A stretch of DNA of 64,000 bases from an uncultured Rhodospirillales bacterium (lineage in GTDB: Bacteria; Pseudomonadota; Alphaproteobacteria; CAZRBL01). This document shows, piece after piece, positions 43,802 through 57,417 of this stretch (its first letter is position 1; each line of letters starts with the position of its first letter). The stretch covers positions 937 through 64,936 of the forward strand of contig CAZRBL010000006.1 in NCBI GenBank assembly GCA_964598335.1. Reading direction: 5' to 3'. The notes under the pieces were generated by a model. That model was not told the DNA's origin. It searched no databases and saw only the letters and a program-made list of their open reading frames with translations. A program made the translations under genes and the position numbers.

Positions 43802-44161
43802 GTGGAAACCATTATTCTTGTTGTCCATTGCCTGATCGCGCTCGCGCTTGTCGGGGTTGTTCTTTTGCAGCGCTCCGAGGGCGGCGGCCTTGGGATCGGC
43901 GGCGGCGGTGGCGGCGGCGGCGGCATGGGCAATTTCATGACCGCCCGCGGCACTGCAAATCTGCTGACGCGGGTGACCGCAATCCTGGCCGCTGCGTTCT
44001 TCACCACCAGCATTGTGCTCGCCATCCTTGCGGGGACGCATCGCGACAGCGGTTCATTGTTCAGCACGACGCCGGGCGCTGAGGCGCCGGCGGAAGGGCT
44101 TCCCGATGCGCCGGCGGCGGAGCCGGTGCCGCAGCTGCCAAGCGTCCCGGCGTCCGAATAA
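43802..44161 (+). CDS. secG: Preprotein translocase subunit SecG
   Basis: Two TM helices flanking a Gly-rich loop (LQRSEGGGLGIGGGGGGGGGMGNFMTARG). Confidence 0.85.
   Translation: METIILVVHCLIALALVGVVLLQRSEGGGLGIGGGGGGGGGMGNFMTARGTANLLTRVTAILAAAFFTTSIVLAILAGTHRDSGSLFSTTPGAEAPAEGLPDAPAAEPVPQLPSVPASE
43886..43935 (+). repeat. (GGC/GGT)n trinucleotide tract encoding the SecG poly-Gly loop
   Basis: ggcggcggccttgggatcggcggcggcggtggcggcggcggcggcatgggc. Confidence 0.6.
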
Positions 44162-45823
<1,662 letters not shown>

Positions 45824-45852
45824 GCGGCCGGACCCTGCTACATACGGGGCTT

Positions 45853-46119
45853 ATGGGAAAGTCCAAGGGCATCGCCACCATCATCGGTTTTGCGATACGC
45901 AACGCCGATCGCAGCCTTTTCAACGAGGATTACAACGAACAGGCGCAGGCGGTCATGAAGGCGCTGAAGGAAGAGGGCTATGAGATCGTCCCTGTGGAGC
46001 CCTCGGAAACGCTCGTGACGTATGCGCTGGAGAATATGCCGACAGGGCGCATGGCGCCGGAGGAGTTCGCTAGAAATCTCTATGACATGTTTATCAGCAA
46101 CGCCTTGCGCCTGAAATGA
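45853..46119 (+). CDS. Hypothetical 88-aa cytoplasmic protein, no recognised domain
   Basis: Clean ORF with native codon usage immediately after pyrG; convergent partner of the 46126-46788 gene. Confidence 0.4.
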   Translation: MGKSKGIATIIGFAIRNADRSLFNEDYNEQAQAVMKALKEEGYEIVPVEPSETLVTYALENMPTGRMAPEEFARNLYDMFISNALRLK

Positions 46120-46125
46120 ACCGGC

Positions 46126-46788
46126 TCAAGGTTGCGGCGGCGGCCGGCTTGACGGCGGCGAGGTGACGCCTTTGGCCCTGATCGAGGGATCAGGCGGATT
46201 GCTCGGCCCATTGTCCCAAATCCGGCGGGCCCATGGGCTGTTGATGCCCCAATTGATCAGCCGAAAGGTAAACTCACTGTCCGGCGCCAGCTCCATTTCC
46301 ACCAGTGTCTTCATCGCCTCCATCATCGTATCGTTGGCATCCTCGAAACTTCCATCGGCCATTCCGGCCAGGTGCCGATGAAAACTCCAATCGTGGAGAA
46401 TGAAGGCGGGACCATAGGCCCAGGGCGAAAAGGTCAGGCTGATGCGAAGAAAACTCGGTATCGATCCGCCATCGGTAAAAAACACCCCGGGCTCCACGCG
46501 TTCGCCGGTGGGTCGAATAAACGCGAAGGGCTCCTCTTTGTCAGGCAGGACCTGAAACCAGTCAGAACCGGCCCATTTCAGCCGCAGCGAGTCCAACCCC
46601 TCGAACCGGCCGCTTTCATAGGCATCATAGCCGGGCAGAAAGGGCTGCGTGTCGGCAATATCAGCCGGCGAGGCAATCACCCCGTCGGGCATTTCCCGCC
46701 GGATTTCGTCGGCGTCCAGCATTTCTTCGATCAGTCGGCGCTGAGCCTTGGCAGCTTCAAGCGCATCACGTTCGGCTCTGGTGAACAT
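46126..46788 (-). CDS. Hypothetical protein with DUF1353-like core (FFTDGGSIP ... ILHDWSF) and Pro/Ser-rich C-terminal tail
   Basis: 220-aa ORF; motif pattern recalled from Pfam PF07087 (needs an HMM check); weak RBS. Confidence 0.5.
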   Translation of the reverse strand: MFTRAERDALEAAKAQRRLIEEMLDADEIRREMPDGVIASPADIADTQPFLPGYDAYESGRFEGLDSLRLKWAGSDWFQVLPDKEEPFAFIRPTGERVEPGVFFTDGGSIPSFLRISLTFSPWAYGPAFILHDWSFHRHLAGMADGSFEDANDTMMEAMKTLVEMELAPDSEFTFRLINWGINSPWARRIWDNGPSNPPDPSIRAKGVTSPPSSRPPPQP

Positions 46789-46825
46789 AGCGGTGCGGGC
46801 AGGGTGGTTTGCAACAAAGTTGTAA

Positions 46826-48205
<1,380 letters not shown>

Positions 48206-48253
48206 GCGGAGAAAGCGTTTGACGAATGCGGCCGGCCGTGATTCAAGAATCGC

Positions 48254-48607
48254 ATGAATCCGCCGTTTTCATTTCGCAGCATGCTGTTGCGCCTGATCGG
48301 ACCGGTGCTCACAATCTGCGTGATCGGCTACTTCATTTTCTTCACGCTTCATGGTGAGCGCGGCGTCACCGCGCTGACCGCCGTTCGCGCCGAGCTCGCC
48401 GCCGAGCAGGCGGAACTCGCGGCGTTTCAGGCCGAGCGCCAGCGGCTCGAACAGGACGTCTTCGGTCTTCGCGAGCCGACCCTGGACGCCGATTTACTGG
48501 AAAGCCGGGCGCGTGAAATGCTCGGCTACGGCTATCCGGGCGAGCAGGTTATCTTGCCCGAAGGCGCGTGGGTAATGCCGGGTCGGCGGCCTTTGCCTGC
48601 CGAATAA
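48254..48607 (+). CDS. ftsB: Septum formation initiator (FtsB/DivIC family)
   Basis: Single TM plus coiled coil (LAAEQAELAAFQAERQRLEQDV); conserved position between eno and pdhA. Confidence 0.7.
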   Translation: MNPPFSFRSMLLRLIGPVLTICVIGYFIFFTLHGERGVTALTAVRAELAAEQAELAAFQAERQRLEQDVFGLREPTLDADLLESRAREMLGYGYPGEQVILPEGAWVMPGRRPLPAE

Positions 48608-48704
48608 AGCCATTGGTATTTCAATCTTTTGCGCTGCAACATCTGTTGCTTTCGCTGAGCCGTCGGCATAGCTGAAAGGCATTACCCGAACCGCCGAGAA
48701 GTCA

Positions 48705-49730
48705 ATGGCTCAGTCACGGAAGAGCGCCGCCAAAAAACCGGCCGCCAAGAGCAAGAGCTCAGCGTCCGCATATGATAAGGACGATCTGATGCATCTTTAT
48801 CGTGAGATGCTGCTGATCCGTCGCTTTGAGGAACGTGCCGGCCAGCTATACGGCATGGGGCTGATCGGCGGCTTCTGCCACCTTTATATCGGACAGGAGG
48901 CGGTCGTCGTCGGCCTGCAATCGGTTCAGAAGCCCGCAGACAGCGTGATCACCACCTATCGCGATCATGGACATATGCTTGCCACTGGCATGGATCCGGA
49001 CGGCGTCATGGCCGAGCTTACCGGTCGCGCCACCGGCTATTCCAAGGGCAAGGGCGGCTCGATGCACATGTTCAGCAAGGAAAAGAAATTCTACGGCGGT
49101 CACGGTATCGTCGGCGCCAATGTTCCGATCGGGGCCGGGCTCGCTTTCGCCCATAAATACAAGGAGGATGGCGGCGTCTGCCTGTGTTATTTCGGCGATG
49201 GCGCGGCCAATCAGGGCCAGGTCTACGAGACCTTCAACATGTCGGCGCTGTGGAAGCTGCCGGTGCTGTTCATCATCGAAAACAACAAATATGCCATGGG
49301 CACCAGCCAGGCGCGTTCGGCGGCGGGCGAACTCTGCCAGCGCGGCGCGGCTTACGGCATTCCCGGCAAGCAGGTCGACGGCATGAATGTCCTGACCGTG
49401 CGCGATGCCGGACGTGAGGCGCTTGATCATGTCCGCTCGGGCGAGGGACCGCTGGTGCTGGAGATGCAGACCTATCGCTATCGCGGCCACTCCATGTCGG
49501 ACCCGGCCAAATACCGGACCAAGGACGAGGTCGATTCCATGCGCGGCGATCACGACCCGATAGAGCAGATCAAAGCCCTGCTGATCAAAGAAAAGCTGGC
49601 TGATGAGGCGGAGCTGAAAAGCGTCGACAAGGAGATCAGGGATCGCGTCTCCAAGGCCGCGAAATTCGCACAGGACAGCCCCGAGCCCGACCCGGCCGAA
49701 CTCTATACCGATGTGCTGGTGGAGGCCTGA
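48705..49730 (+). CDS. pdhA: Pyruvate dehydrogenase E1 component alpha subunit
   Basis: TPP-binding GDGA...N motif ([19 protein letters not shown]). Confidence 0.92.
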   Translation: MAQSRKSAAKKPAAKSKSSASAYDKDDLMHLYREMLLIRRFEERAGQLYGMGLIGGFCHLYIGQEAVVVGLQSVQKPADSVITTYRDHGHMLATGMDPDGVMAELTGRATGYSKGKGGSMHMFSKEKKFYGGHGIVGANVPIGAGLAFAHKYKEDGGVCLCYFGDGAANQGQVYETFNMSALWKLPVLFIIENNKYAMGTSQARSAAGELCQRGAAYGIPGKQVDGMNVLTVRDAGREALDHVRSGEGPLVLEMQTYRYRGHSMSDPAKYRTKDEVDSMRGDHDPIEQIKALLIKEKLADEAELKSVDKEIRDRVSKAAKFAQDSPEPDPAELYTDVLVEA

Positions 49731-49735
49731 GCGCC

Positions 49736-51094
49736 ATGCCGATTGAAATCCTCATGCCGGCGCTTTCACCAACCATGGAGGAAGGCACGCTGGCAACCTG
49801 GCATGTCAAAAAGGGTGACAAGGTAAGCGCCGGTGATGTCATCGCCGAAATCGAGACCGACAAGGCGACCATGGAAGTCGAGGCTGTCGATGAGGGCGTG
49901 GTCGGAAAGATTCTTGTTGATGCGGGCACCGAGGGCGTTGCCGTCAACACCGTGATCGCCTTGTTGATGGGCGAAGACGAGGAAGGTGACGAAGACGCGC
50001 TGAACGGTGCACCGCCATCCAAGCCGCCGCCGGAAGCCGATGCCAAGCCCGCGGCGCGTCCGGCCGAGCCGGAAACCGCTCCGCCTGCGGAAATCAATTA
50101 TGACGGGGAAACGACAGATCAGACGGTACGCGAGGCCCTGCGGGATGCCATGGCCGAGGAGATGCGCCGTGATCCTGACGTCTTTCTGATGGGTGAGGAG
50201 GTCGCCGAATATCAGGGCGCGTACAAGGTCACCCAGGGCCTGCTGCAGGAATTCGGCGCCAAGCGGGTCGTCGACACGCCGATTACCGAACAGGGATTCG
50301 CCGGTCTCGGCGTCGGCGCGGCATTTGGCGGTCTCAAGCCGATCATCGAATTCATGACAATGAATTTTGCCATGCAGGCAATCGATCAGATCATCAACTC
50401 AGCCGCCAAGACCCTCTACATGGCAGGCGGCCAGATGGGCTGTCCGATCGTCTTTCGCGGCCCGAACGGCGCCGCCGCCCGTGTTGCCGCTCAACACAGC
50501 CAGGATTTTGCAAGCTGGTACGCACATGTGCCGGGGCTGAAGGTCATCGCGCCTTATAGCGCGGCCGATGCCAAAGGCCTGCTGAAATCGGCGATCCGTG
50601 ATCCGAACCCGGTCGTCTTTCTTGAAAACGAGATCCTCTATGGTCGCTCCTTTCCGGTGCCGACCGATAGCGATGTGACCGTGCCGATCGGCAGGGCGAA
50701 GATCGTTCGCCCGGGCAGCGATGTAACCATTGCCGCCTATTCGATCATGGTCGGCAAGGCGCTCCAGGCCGCCGAGACGCTTGCGGAGCAGGGGATCGAC
50801 GCCGAGGTCATCGACCTCCGAACGCTTCGTCCTCTCGACACCGCGACCATTGTCGAGAGCGTCAAGAAAACCAACCGCATCGTCGTCGCGCAGGAAGGCT
50901 GGCCGCGTGCCGGAATTGCCGCCGAAATTGCCGCAGTGATGATGGAGGAGGCTTTCGACTGGCTGGACGCGCCTTTGGCTCGGGTCTGCGCCGCCGATGT
51001 TCCTCTGCCCTACGCCGCCAATCTTGAAGCGCTGGCGCTGCCCCAGACCGATGATATCGTGCAGGCCGCGCGCGGCGTCTGTTATGCGGATTAG
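49736..51094 (+). CDS. pdhB: Pyruvate dehydrogenase E1 beta subunit with N-terminal lipoyl domain
   Basis: [24 protein letters not shown]...[11 protein letters not shown] lipoyl domain, Ala/Pro linker, transketolase-like beta subunit. Confidence 0.92.
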   Translation: MPIEILMPALSPTMEEGTLATWHVKKGDKVSAGDVIAEIETDKATMEVEAVDEGVVGKILVDAGTEGVAVNTVIALLMGEDEEGDEDALNGAPPSKPPPEADAKPAARPAEPETAPPAEINYDGETTDQTVREALRDAMAEEMRRDPDVFLMGEEVAEYQGAYKVTQGLLQEFGAKRVVDTPITEQGFAGLGVGAAFGGLKPIIEFMTMNFAMQAIDQIINSAAKTLYMAGGQMGCPIVFRGPNGAAARVAAQHSQDFASWYAHVPGLKVIAPYSAADAKGLLKSAIRDPNPVVFLENEILYGRSFPVPTDSDVTVPIGRAKIVRPGSDVTIAAYSIMVGKALQAAETLAEQGIDAEVIDLRTLRPLDTATIVESVKKTNRIVVAQEGWPRAGIAAEIAAVMMEEAFDWLDAPLARVCAADVPLPYAANLEALALPQTDDIVQAARGVCYAD

Positions 51095-51100
51095 CGGCCG

Positions 51101-52387
51101 ATGAGCATCAACATCCTGATGCCGGCACTGTCGCCGACCATGGAAGAGGGCACGCTGACCGCATGGCATGTCAAGGAAGGCGATAAGGTCGCGCCCGGCG
51201 ATGTCATCGCTGAAATCGAAACCGACAAGGCGACGATGGAGGTGGAAGCTGTCGACGAGGGCACAATCGGCAAAATCCTGATCGATGCCGGCAGCGATGC
51301 CATCGCGGTGAACACACCGATAGCGATCCTGCTTGAAGAGGGCGAAACCGAGGTGACGGCGCCGCCAGAGCCTGTTGAGACCGGAGCGGAGCCCGGCGAC
51401 ACCAAAGCCGAAAAAGAGCCTGAAGAATCTGCGCCGCCTGAACCCGCGCCGACCAAATCCCAGCACAGCAAGTCCGAGCAGCGCGCGACCGGCGATCGCC
51501 TGCGGGCCAGCCCATTGGCGCGACGCCTGGCGGCAGAGGCCGGGCTCGATCTTGCATCGATCCCCGGCAGCGGGCCGCATGGACGCGTCGTGAAGGCCGA
51601 TATCGAGCAGGCAAAGGCGTCCGGAGCTGTGGCGACCGCTCCAGATAAAGCGACCGCCCAGCCATCGGGTAAATCGGACGCGCGGGCCCTCGCCGATCAG
51701 CTCGGCATGGCCTTTGAGGCGGTGCCGCATAGCGGCGTGCGAAAGACCATTGCCCGGCGTCTGCTGGAAGCCAGCCAGGGAGCGCCGGAATTCTTTCTCA
51801 CCATCGATTGTGAAATCGACCGGTTGCTCGCGGCGCGAAAGCGCCTCAACGCCGATCCGGATACCAAGATTTCGGTCAATGACTTCATCATCAAGGCCTG
51901 CGCACTGGCCTTGAAGCGGCATCCGCAGGTCAACGCCGCCTGGTCTGATGAAGCGGTGCTGACATTTTCCGATATCGACATATCAATGGCGGTGGCGACG
52001 CCGAATGGGCTGATCACCCCGATCATCAAACAGGCCGACGCCAAGGGTCTGGCCGCCATTGCCGAAGAAGCGCGCGAGCTGGCCGCGCGGGCGCGCGACG
52101 GCAAGCTGAAACCCGAAGAGTATCAGGGCGGCACCTTTTCGGTCTCCAATCTCGGCATGTTCGGGATCAAGCATTTCACGTCGATCCTCAATCCACCGCA
52201 GGCATGCATCCTTGCCGTCGGTGCCGGGGAGCAGCGAGCGATTGTGCAGGACGGGCAAATCGGGGTAGCAACCGTGATGACGGTGACGCTGACCTGTGAT
52301 CACCGCGTTGTCGACGGTGCCGTCGGCGCGCAATTCCTGCAGACTTTCAAACGCTTTATCGAAGATCCGGTGACGATGTTGGTCTAA
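51101..52387 (+). CDS. pdhC: Dihydrolipoamide acetyltransferase (PDH E2)
   Basis: Lipoyl domain, E3-binding domain ([15 protein letters not shown]), catalytic DHRVVDG. Confidence 0.9.
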   Translation: MSINILMPALSPTMEEGTLTAWHVKEGDKVAPGDVIAEIETDKATMEVEAVDEGTIGKILIDAGSDAIAVNTPIAILLEEGETEVTAPPEPVETGAEPGDTKAEKEPEESAPPEPAPTKSQHSKSEQRATGDRLRASPLARRLAAEAGLDLASIPGSGPHGRVVKADIEQAKASGAVATAPDKATAQPSGKSDARALADQLGMAFEAVPHSGVRKTIARRLLEASQGAPEFFLTIDCEIDRLLAARKRLNADPDTKISVNDFIIKACALALKRHPQVNAAWSDEAVLTFSDIDISMAVATPNGLITPIIKQADAKGLAAIAEEARELAARARDGKLKPEEYQGGTFSVSNLGMFGIKHFTSILNPPQACILAVGAGEQRAIVQDGQIGVATVMTVTLTCDHRVVDGAVGAQFLQTFKRFIEDPVTMLV

Positions 52388-52430
52388 GCCTGCCGTCCTT
52401 GTTCCCCGTCTCATTGCAAAGGAAACCACG

Positions 52431-53183
52431 ATGAAATTGTTTTACTCGCCCTTCCACAACTTCATTCATAAGGTTCTTGTGACGATCCATGAGTGCGGGC
52501 AATGGGACAATGTCGAATTCGTCGGCACCTATCCGTTCAAACGAAAGGACGGCAGCGACGGCGGCGCGGGCTACTCGCTGATCGCTTTGAACCCGCTGAA
52601 CAAGGTGCCGACTTTGGCCACTGATGACGGCATGGTGCTGTATGGCAGCCAGGCGATCGTTGAATATATCGACAGCCTCGCACCGGGCGGCCGCAAGCTC
52701 TATCCGGAGCCGGGACCTGCGCGCTGGGATGCCGTCCGGCGGCTCGGGCTGGCCGATCAGACTTTCGAGATCACGGTGATGGTCATTCAGGAAGGCTGGC
52801 AACCGCTTGAGAAACGCCGCATCGAATACTACCGCATGATGTGGCCGAAAATCATCGCCGCCTGCGATGTCATGGAAGAGGATGCGAAGGGCTTCGGCGA
52901 CAATTTCGACATCGGCCATGTCGCGATGCTGCACTGTCTCAGCTATCTCGACTTCGTCAATCTTTTCTATGAGAGCGACGATCCGCTTTATCCCAATTAC
53001 AACTGGCGCAAGGGCCGCCCGACGCTGGAAAAATGGTATGAGGAAGCGGTCAAGCGCCCCAGCGTGCAAGCGTTCTACATGAAGGAATATCAGGGCGACG
53101 ACAGCCCCGAGAACTGTCAGCGCGCGATCCGCGAGGTTCTTGTTGCGCAGGGTAAGGCCGAACCTCTGCCGGAAGGGGATTGA
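52431..53183 (+). CDS. Glutathione S-transferase family protein (atypical N-terminus)
   Basis: KLFYSPFHNF ... NPLNKVPTL..DG.VLYGSQAIVEYI thioredoxin-fold GST N-domain; ~30-aa insert; RBS AAGGAAA. Confidence 0.7.
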   Translation: MKLFYSPFHNFIHKVLVTIHECGQWDNVEFVGTYPFKRKDGSDGGAGYSLIALNPLNKVPTLATDDGMVLYGSQAIVEYIDSLAPGGRKLYPEPGPARWDAVRRLGLADQTFEITVMVIQEGWQPLEKRRIEYYRMMWPKIIAACDVMEEDAKGFGDNFDIGHVAMLHCLSYLDFVNLFYESDDPLYPNYNWRKGRPTLEKWYEEAVKRPSVQAFYMKEYQGDDSPENCQRAIREVLVAQGKAEPLPEGD

Positions 53184-53893
53184 GCGCCATGGCAAAGATC
53201 GAACTGTATTACTGGCCGACACCCAACGGCCACAAGATCCCGATTTTCCTCGAAGAGGCCGAGCTGCCTTATGAGACCAAGGGTATCAACATCCTGCGCG
53301 GCGAACAATTCGAGCCGGACTATCTGAAAATCAACCCGAACAACAAGGTGCCGACCATCGTCGATCCCGACGGTCCGGGCGGCGCGCCGATCAGCATTTT
53401 CGAAAGCGGCCCGATCCTCGAATATCTCGGCGAGAAAACCGGCAAATTCTTTCCCAGCGAGCCGCGCGCCCGCTGGACGGTCAAGCAATGGCTCGCCTTC
53501 CAGATTTCAACGCTCGGGCCAATGTTCGGACAGTGCGGCCACTTCCTCGGCTATGCGCCGGAAAAGATCCAATACGGCATCGATCGCTATTTCAACGAAA
53601 CCATGCGGATATACGGCATTCTCGACCGCCGCCTTGCCGACCGCGAATGGATCGCCGACGAGTATTCCATCGCCGATATGGCGACCTATCCCTGGATCGC
53701 GCAGTATAAATTCCACACCGTGCCGATTGACGAATTCACCCATGTCAAACGCTGGTTCGACCAGATGGGCGCGCGGCCGGCGGTGCAGCGGGGCATGGCG
53801 CTGATGGAAGACGTCATGAAGATCGGCGACCCGGACGAGGAAACCTTCAAGAATTTCTTCGGCACCGATCAGGTCAAGCAAAGCCGCGGCTGA
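53180..53893 (+). CDS. Glutathione S-transferase, Nu-class (YfcG/YghU-like)
   Basis: IELYYWPTPNGHKIPIFLEE ... NPNNKVPTIVD motifs; ATGA overlap with the previous GST. Confidence 0.75.
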   Translation: MSAMAKIELYYWPTPNGHKIPIFLEEAELPYETKGINILRGEQFEPDYLKINPNNKVPTIVDPDGPGGAPISIFESGPILEYLGEKTGKFFPSEPRARWTVKQWLAFQISTLGPMFGQCGHFLGYAPEKIQYGIDRYFNETMRIYGILDRRLADREWIADEYSIADMATYPWIAQYKFHTVPIDEFTHVKRWFDQMGARPAVQRGMALMEDVMKIGDPDEETFKNFFGTDQVKQSRG

Positions 53894-53896
53894 TCC

Positions 53897-55297
53897 TTGG
53901 CAGATACACAGTTCGACCTCATCGTCCTGGGCAGCGGGCCGGGCGGCTATGTCGCGGCGATCCGGGCGGCCCAGCTGGGCATGAGAACCGCCATTGTCGA
54001 GCGCGAGCATCTTGGCGGCATCTGCCTCAATTGGGGCTGTATCCCGACCAAGGCGCTGCTGCGCGCGGCCGATATTCGGCACATGCTTGACCGGCTCGAC
54101 GAATTCGGTTTCTCGGCCAAGGATATCGGTTTCGATCCGAAAAAGGTCGTCAAACGCTCGCGCGACGTCGCCGGCCAGCTATCGGGCGGCGTCAAGCATC
54201 TGATGAAGAAGAACAAGGTTACCGTGTTCGACGGTCACGGCCGGCTTGCGGGGGGCGGCAAGCTGACGGTCGAGGCGGGCGGCAAGACCGAGACGCTCAG
54301 CGCCAAGCATATAATCATCGCCAGCGGCGCCCGGGCGCGGACCCTGCCGGGGCTGGAGCCCGACGGCAAGCTGATCTGGACCTATAAGGAAGCGATGGTG
54401 CCCGAGACGATCCCGCAATCGCTGCTGGTCATCGGCTCCGGCGCGATCGGCATCGAATTTGCCAGTTTTTACAATGATATGGGCGCCGATGTGACGGTGG
54501 TGGAAGCGGTCGACCGTATCCTGCCCGCCGAGGATGCCGAGATTTCCGCTTTCGCGCATAAGCAATTCAGCAAGCGCGGCATGACCATCCATACCGGCGC
54601 CAGGGTTGCCGGGCTCAAGACCAAAAAGAACGCCGTCGAGGCCAGCATCGAGATGGCCGGCGGCAAGACCGAGACCGTCACCGTTGACCGGGTAATCCTT
54701 GCCGTCGGCATCACCGGCAATATCGACGATATCGGGCTCGACAAGACCAGGGTCAGAACCGAGCGCGGCCATATCGTCGTCAATCAATGGCTCGAAACCG
54801 ATGAACCTGGCGTCTATGCCATCGGCGATGTCGTCGGCGCCCCCTGGCTGGCGCATAAGGCCAGCCATGAAGGCGTGCTCTGCGTCGAGCGTATCGCCGG
54901 CCATGGCGATCTGCATCCGCTCGACACCGAGCATATCCCCGGTTGCACCTATTGCCGCCCCCAGATCGCCTCGGTCGGCCTGACCGAAGCCGAGGCTAAA
55001 CAGCAGGGCAGGGAGCTGCGCATCGGCCGTTTCCCGCTGATCGGCAATGGCAAGGCGATTGCGCTGGGCGAGGCCGAAGGCATGGTCAAAACCATCTTCG
55101 ACAAACAGACCGGCGAGCTGCTCGGTGCCCATATGATCGGCCCCGAGGTCACCGAGCTCATCCAGGGCTATGGCATCGCCAAAAAGCTCGAAACCACCGA
55201 AGCCGAGCTGATTGAGACCATCTTCCCGCATCCGACGCTGTCCGAGGCGATGCATGAGAGCGTGCTGGATGCCTATGGGCGAGTGATTCACATCTAG
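53897..55297 (+). CDS. lpdA: Dihydrolipoyl dehydrogenase (E3)
   Basis: TTG start; GSGPGGY FAD motif, redox disulfide GGICLNWGCIPTK, C-terminal HPTLSE. Confidence 0.92.
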   Translation: MADTQFDLIVLGSGPGGYVAAIRAAQLGMRTAIVEREHLGGICLNWGCIPTKALLRAADIRHMLDRLDEFGFSAKDIGFDPKKVVKRSRDVAGQLSGGVKHLMKKNKVTVFDGHGRLAGGGKLTVEAGGKTETLSAKHIIIASGARARTLPGLEPDGKLIWTYKEAMVPETIPQSLLVIGSGAIGIEFASFYNDMGADVTVVEAVDRILPAEDAEISAFAHKQFSKRGMTIHTGARVAGLKTKKNAVEASIEMAGGKTETVTVDRVILAVGITGNIDDIGLDKTRVRTERGHIVVNQWLETDEPGVYAIGDVVGAPWLAHKASHEGVLCVERIAGHGDLHPLDTEHIPGCTYCRPQIASVGLTEAEAKQQGRELRIGRFPLIGNGKAIALGEAEGMVKTIFDKQTGELLGAHMIGPEVTELIQGYGIAKKLETTEAELIETIFPHPTLSEAMHESVLDAYGRVIHI

Positions 55298-55481
55298 AAA
55301 TCGTCATTGCGAGTGGTCGAAGACCACGCGGCAATCCAGGAATTGTGCCGTTATGGCGATATTTATGAATAGCCGCCGCAGCTTCGCCGCCTCGCGATAA
55401 CGAGAAGAAGCGCCTGTGTTGCGCTGAACGCGGCGTGATAGCGGATTGATCGGCACGCCGAACGAACGCACATAGATACCA

Positions 55482-56444
55482 ATGTCCGAACAAGCCGAGT
55501 CAAAACCAGCCGTCAGGCCGCGCCATCCCGAGAAAGCGCATAAGCCGGATAATCCTGTTCGGGTGAAGAAGCCCGACTGGTTACGGGTCCGCGCGCCGGT
55601 GTCCGAGGGCTATCAGGAAACGCGCAAGCTGATGCGCGGGCTGAACCTGACCACCGTTTGCGAAGAAGCGGCCTGTCCGAATATCGGCGAGTGCTGGGCG
55701 CAGAAGCATGCGACATTCATGATCATGGGCGAGGTTTGCACCCGCGCCTGCGCGTTCTGCAATGTCGCCACCGGCAAGCCCGACAAGCTGGACCCGTTCG
55801 AGCCGCTGCGCGTCGCCCAGGCGGTGGCCAAGCTGGGGCTGAAGCATGTCGTGGTGACCTCGGTCGACCGCGATGATCTGGATGACGGCGGGGCGGAGCA
55901 TTTCGCCCAGGTCATCGACAAGATTCGCCGGAAATCGCCCGGGACGACGATCGAAATCCTCACACCGGACTTCCGCGATGCGCCGCAAGCCATTGATATC
56001 ATTGTTGCCGCGCGCCCCGATGTCTTTAATCACAATCTGGAAACCGTTCCGCGGCACTATCCCGGCATCAGGCCGGGCAGCCGCTATTTCACCTCGCTGA
56101 ACCTGCTGGCTGAGGTGAAGCGCCGCGACCCGTCGATCTTCACCAAATCCGGCATCATGGTCGGGCTCGGTGAAACCAAACAGGAAGTGCATCAGGTGAT
56201 GGACGATATGCGCGCGGCGAGCGTCGATTTCCTGACCATCGGTCAGTATCTGCAGCCGACCAAAAAGCATGCGGCAGTCGACCGCTTTGTTACGCCCGAT
56301 GAATTCGCCAGCTATGAAACGGTGGCGCGCGGTAAGGGCTTTCTGCTCGTTTCGGCCTCGCCTCTGACCCGCTCGTCATACCATGCCGACGAAGATTTTG
56401 CGCGCCTGCAGGCTGCGCGTGCCGCACAACTTGCGCGCGGCTAA
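55482..56444 (+). CDS. lipA: Lipoyl synthase
   Basis: [12 protein letters not shown] and CTRACAFC radical-SAM cysteine clusters. Confidence 0.93.
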   Translation: MSEQAESKPAVRPRHPEKAHKPDNPVRVKKPDWLRVRAPVSEGYQETRKLMRGLNLTTVCEEAACPNIGECWAQKHATFMIMGEVCTRACAFCNVATGKPDKLDPFEPLRVAQAVAKLGLKHVVVTSVDRDDLDDGGAEHFAQVIDKIRRKSPGTTIEILTPDFRDAPQAIDIIVAARPDVFNHNLETVPRHYPGIRPGSRYFTSLNLLAEVKRRDPSIFTKSGIMVGLGETKQEVHQVMDDMRAASVDFLTIGQYLQPTKKHAAVDRFVTPDEFASYETVARGKGFLLVSASPLTRSSYHADEDFARLQAARAAQLARG

Positions 56445-56455
56445 CGGAGATCACC

Positions 56456-56932
56456 ATGCTGAGCCATCACGAGCAGCGCAAATTGCCCTACCGGCCGGAG
56501 CAAATGTTCGCGCTGGTTGCCGGTATCGAGCGGTATCCGGATTTCCTGCCGTGGGTCGCCGCCTTGCGCGTCAACAGAACGGAGGGCGATACGGCCTGGG
56601 CCGACATGATGGTCGGCTACAAAATGGTGCGGGAAAGGTTTTCCTGCAAAGTCCATTTTGAACCCGATGCCGGCAAGATTGACGTCGAGTATCTCAGCGG
56701 TCCGCTCAAGCACCTCAAGACGCATTGGCATTTCACCGAAGAAGCGACCGGCTGCCTGGTCGATTTTCAGGTTGAATTTGAATTTGCGCGCGGCTTTTTC
56801 CAAAGGCTGGCAAAGCTGTTTTTTGATGAAGTCATCAAGCGCATGGTCGGTGCCTTTGAGGCCGAAGCGCACCGTCGGTTTCGCGGTTCGATGAGCGATG
56901 ACGCCGTCGACGGCGTCCCCAATCAGGCCTGA
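56456..56932 (+). CDS. SRPBCC/START-fold protein (RatA/COQ10-like polyketide cyclase-dehydrase family)
   Basis: 158 aa; conserved neighbour of lipA in Rhizobiales. Confidence 0.75.
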   Translation: MLSHHEQRKLPYRPEQMFALVAGIERYPDFLPWVAALRVNRTEGDTAWADMMVGYKMVRERFSCKVHFEPDAGKIDVEYLSGPLKHLKTHWHFTEEATGCLVDFQVEFEFARGFFQRLAKLFFDEVIKRMVGAFEAEAHRRFRGSMSDDAVDGVPNQA

Positions 56933-57417
56933 GCGGCGAGCTCTGACAGCATCGTCAGCGCCTGACGGAGCGACGCCTCGCGCACGGCGCTACGGTCACC
57001 GCTGAACACCGTGTGGTAGGCGTTGGCCTCATCGCCTCTGCGCTGAGCGGCGAAATGGACCAGCCCTACCGGCTTGTCCGCACTGCCGCCGCCGGGTCCG
57101 GCGATACCGGTTATTGATACCGCAAGGTCGGCGCATGAATTGTCCAGCGCGCCCGAGACCATAGCTCGGGCCGTCTGCTCGCTGACTGCGCCATACATAT
57201 CGAGGACCGCTTGCGGGACACCCAGCAGGCTCGTCTTGGCTGCGTTTGAATAGGTTACGAAACCGCGATCGACGACATCCGATGATCCCGCGATTTCAGT
57301 CAGAACTGCGGTGACCAGTCCGCCGGTGCAGGATTCCGCGGCGGCCAGCATCAGACCTTTTTCGCGGCACTGCGCCAGTAAGGCTTCGGCCGCGGTCAAG
57401 ATATCTTTGTCCATCAT
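56923..57417 (-). CDS. CinA C-terminal domain protein (nicotinamide-nucleotide amidohydrolase PncC-like)
   Basis: [23 protein letters not shown] motif; 164 aa. Confidence 0.8.
   Translation of the reverse strand: MMDKDILTAAEALLAQCREKGLMLAAAESCTGGLVTAVLTEIAGSSDVVDRGFVTYSNAAKTSLLGVPQAVLDMYGAVSEQTARAMVSGALDNSCADLAVSITGIAGPGGGSADKPVGLVHFAAQRRGDEANAYHTVFSGDRSAVREASLRQALTMLSELAAQA

Noticed and set aside
48608-48705. AGCCATTG ... CAATGGCT inverted 8-mers flanking the ftsB-pdhA spacer
   Set aside because: The second arm is simply the pdhA start codon context (CAATGGCT); the arms are ~80 nt apart; probably coincidental.
55314-55328. Perfect hairpin GTGGTC-GAA-GACCAC 17 nt after the lpdA stop
   Set aside because: Only a 6-bp stem and no downstream T-tract, so insufficient for an intrinsic terminator call; it could be a REP-like fragment but only a single copy is in the window.
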